Source: Harriotta raleighana
Taxonomy: Eukaryota
Direction: 5' to 3'
NCBI GenBank assembly: GCA_050575255.1
Contig: JBNZDD010013587.1
Coordinates: 467,438 to 531,437 of the forward strand
Length of the DNA stretch: 64,000 nt
A program made the translations under genes and the position numbers. This document shows, piece by piece, positions 62,027-64,000 of the stretch. Each line of letters starts with the position of its first letter. The stretch's first letter is position 1. The notes beneath the pieces were generated by a model. It searched no databases. It saw only the letters and a program-made list of their open reading frames with translations, and was not told the origin of the DNA.

Positions 62027-62355
62027 GGAGCTCCTGTAGCTCAGTGGTTAGAGCGCTCGCCTTACAAGCGTGAGGCCTGTGTTCGAATCCAGGCAGGGCA
62101 GGGCGAAACCTTGGGCAAGTTTCCTTGCTCCACACACACTCCTGATAATAATCCCTCCCCCCAAAACACACAATAATAAAAATTGGTCATTTCAATCCAT
62201 GACTGTTTGTGGGGACGCTGCTGTGTGCAATTCTCTGCCGCGTTTCGCCCACAAATATACAATTAATTCACTTTACTGGTAGATTCTGTGAAGTGCTTTG
62301 AGACGTCTAGAAGACGTGAAAAGCGCTATATCAAATGCTGGGATTATTATTATTA
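62027..62355 (+). mobile_element. SINE, full length, close to family consensus
   Basis: GGAGCTCCTGTAGCTCAGTGGTTAGAGCGCTCGCCTTACAAGCGTGAGGCCTGTGTTCGAATCCAGGC...GAGACGTCTAGAAGACGTGAAAAGCGCTATATCAAATGC..(ATT)n. Confidence 0.93.
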
Positions 62356-62356
62356 A

Positions 62357-62500
62357 TGCAGTGCTGGGGGAAGGGTTTCATCATTGGAGGGTCTCAACCT
62401 TCAGATGAGATGTTAAAACAATACACTGTACCATTCATCTATTCAGGTGGACGTTAAAGATCCCAAAGCACTAAAGAGAAGAGAGTTGCTTCTGCTTCTG
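62357..62500 (+). mobile_element. Old DeuSINE core remnant
   Basis: TTCAGATGAGATGTTAAA..TTCAGGTGGACGTTAAAGATCCCAAAGCACTA..GAAGAG. Confidence 0.7.
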
Positions 62501-62544
62501 GGAGGACGAACCCCAATTAAAATTGATCATTTAAAACTGACCTC

Positions 62545-62690
62545 ATAATAATAATAATAAATAATAATCCTTGCGGTTGATGTAGCGCCTTATGAAGTCT
62601 TCGAGACGTCCCAATAATAATAAGAATAATCCTTGCATTTGATATAGGCGCTTCACAGAATGTGAAGTGAATTGACTGCATATTTGGGGC
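62545..62690 (-). mobile_element. Two stacked SINE tail fragments
   Basis: AATAATCCTTGC occurs at ~62563 and ~62625, each followed by tail sequence. Confidence 0.75.
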
Positions 62691-62764
62691 TTGAAACTAT
62701 GCTTACCTAGCACTAAGTAGGAAACCCAGTTGTTAGCCAATTGGTGGGTCGTTTTACGGGGATG

Positions 62765-62950
62765 ATAATTCCTTTGAAAGAAAATTGGTCGCTTCAATCC
62801 ACGGCTGTTTGTGGGATACTGCTGTGTGCATTTGGTTGCTGCGTTTCACCCACAAAATATACAGTCAATTCTGGGAAGCACTTTGATACAGCAACTCTTG
62901 AAGACGTGATAGGGTGCTATATCAACTGCAAGTATTAGTATTATTATTAT
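62765..62950 (+). mobile_element. SINE 3' half
   Basis: CAATCCACGGCTGTTTGTGGGATACTGCTGTGTGC...CAACTGCAAGTATT. Confidence 0.8.
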
Positions 62951-63469
62951 TCCTCTGCTGAGCAGCCTCGTAAATTTAATTTCGATCAGTTTGTTCAGCA
63001 TGGATATAAATTTGCCTGGGAGGCTCAAAGATTCTCTCAGCATTTTCATCTTGGTGGCTGTTTCAGATACGTTATTTAGTTCTAAATCTGTACTTACTCC
63101 CTCCTTTGCCTAAACTTCTTGCTGCTGATGGTTTTGGGTCTGAGGAGCTGACAATTGGCTTCTCCAAGTTGTTAATATTCATACACACAAGGGTGTTCTC
63201 CCATTACCTACCTACTGGCTTTAAGGTCCAAATTAGACAATTTGAGACTGTTTGATTTGGTTTGAACGGTGCTGTGTTTGGTTCACGTTTGGTGTTTGGC
63301 CAGCACCAAAGGAACAGAATAATCTTCTCTGCATCTGTGATGCCATGTTCACCGAGAAGCCTTTAATTATGCCTTTAACCAAGTGAAATTGGTATGATCT
63401 TCATCCCCCTTCCTATAGAACTCCATCCCACAGTCCCTCCATCTCACCGCATCCCTTGATGCCTTTAAT

Positions 63470-63632
63470 ATCAAGACTCTCCTCTTCGACTGTGCCTTTG
63501 GTCATTTTCCTTGCTCCCCTGGTCTCAACCCTCCCTAATCCTGACCCCTGATTGTCCAGCGCCTTGGGACATCCTCTCGACGTGAGAGGCACTATACAAA
63601 TATAATTTTTTTTGTTTTTTTTGTTGTTGATT
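63470..63632 (+). mobile_element. L2 3' end
   Basis: TCAAGACTCTCCTCTTCGACTGTGCCTTT (KTLLFDCAF), then GTCCAGCGCCTTGGGACATCCTCTCGACGTGAGAGGCACTATA and TTG-like tail. Confidence 0.82.
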
Positions 63633-63724
63633 TTATGTTTGTGCGTTTATGTCCCATATCCCGGGTGAATTTGTTGTGGATAGACAATCATCTGGACCCT
63701 GATGTTAATAATAACAAAACATTT

Positions 63725-64000
63725 TAATACTTGCATTTGATCCAATGCCTTAACACATTGGAAGGACATCTGAAAGTAGTTCGGGGAAATGACTGCGATG
63801 TGGAGTGACTGTTGATTTGTGGGCAAACGCATCAGATAACCTCAGTTTGTGCACAGCAATGCCCCCAAAACAAACAGCCGTGAAATGAATGACCAATTTT
63901 ATTTGATGGATGGTTGGCTAGGACACCAGATGAAACTCCCTTCTCTTCTTGCGCAATGCTGTGGGATCTTTAATGTCCATCTGAACAGGCAGGCGGGACC
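63725..64000 (-). mobile_element. Old DeuSINE/SacSINE1-like copy (core and tail), runs off the window end
   Basis: Tail ACTTGCATTTGAT and body GTTTGTGCACAGCAA..CAAACAGC are contiguous with Deu core GGCTAGGACACC..AACTCCC..GGGATCTTTAATGTCCATCTGAACAGGCAGGCGGGACC. Confidence 0.75.

Noticed and set aside
63299-63320. REST/NRSE-like site CAGCACCAAAGGAACAG
   Set aside because: Spacing and right half-site deviate from TTCAGCACCnnGGACAG.

Overview
Eukaryotic, repeat-rich, apparently non-coding DNA (large intron or intergenic). The repeats point to a cartilaginous fish, most likely a chimaera; this is inferred from recalled repeat-family resemblance, not from a search. I find no credible host protein-coding exon, rRNA, tRNA gene or CRISPR array. 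Almost all ORFs in the track are chance translations of repeats and microsatellites. The window holds roughly 50 copies or fragments of one ~320-bp tRNA-headed SINE (Pol III A/B boxes, SacSINE1/DeuSINE-like 3' domain, L2-type stem-loop tail). It also holds older Deu-domain SINE remnants, L2-clade LINE pieces (two with recognisable ORF2 protein), CR1-clade remnants and one 586-bp pogo/Tigger-type MITE inserted into a SINE. Many single-N junctions with duplicated flanks, including two ~1.14-1.15 kb duplications, look like assembly artefacts. The most noteworthy items are the nested MITE, a dimeric SINE present twice, a SINE variant with a replaced B box, an 82-bp near-perfect palindrome, a candidate old foldback repeat family, a strong CTCF motif and a ~4.7-kb TE-free interval. 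I see no convincing new biological system; the novelty candidates are TE variants and possible regulatory elements. Boundaries of old repeats are approximate.
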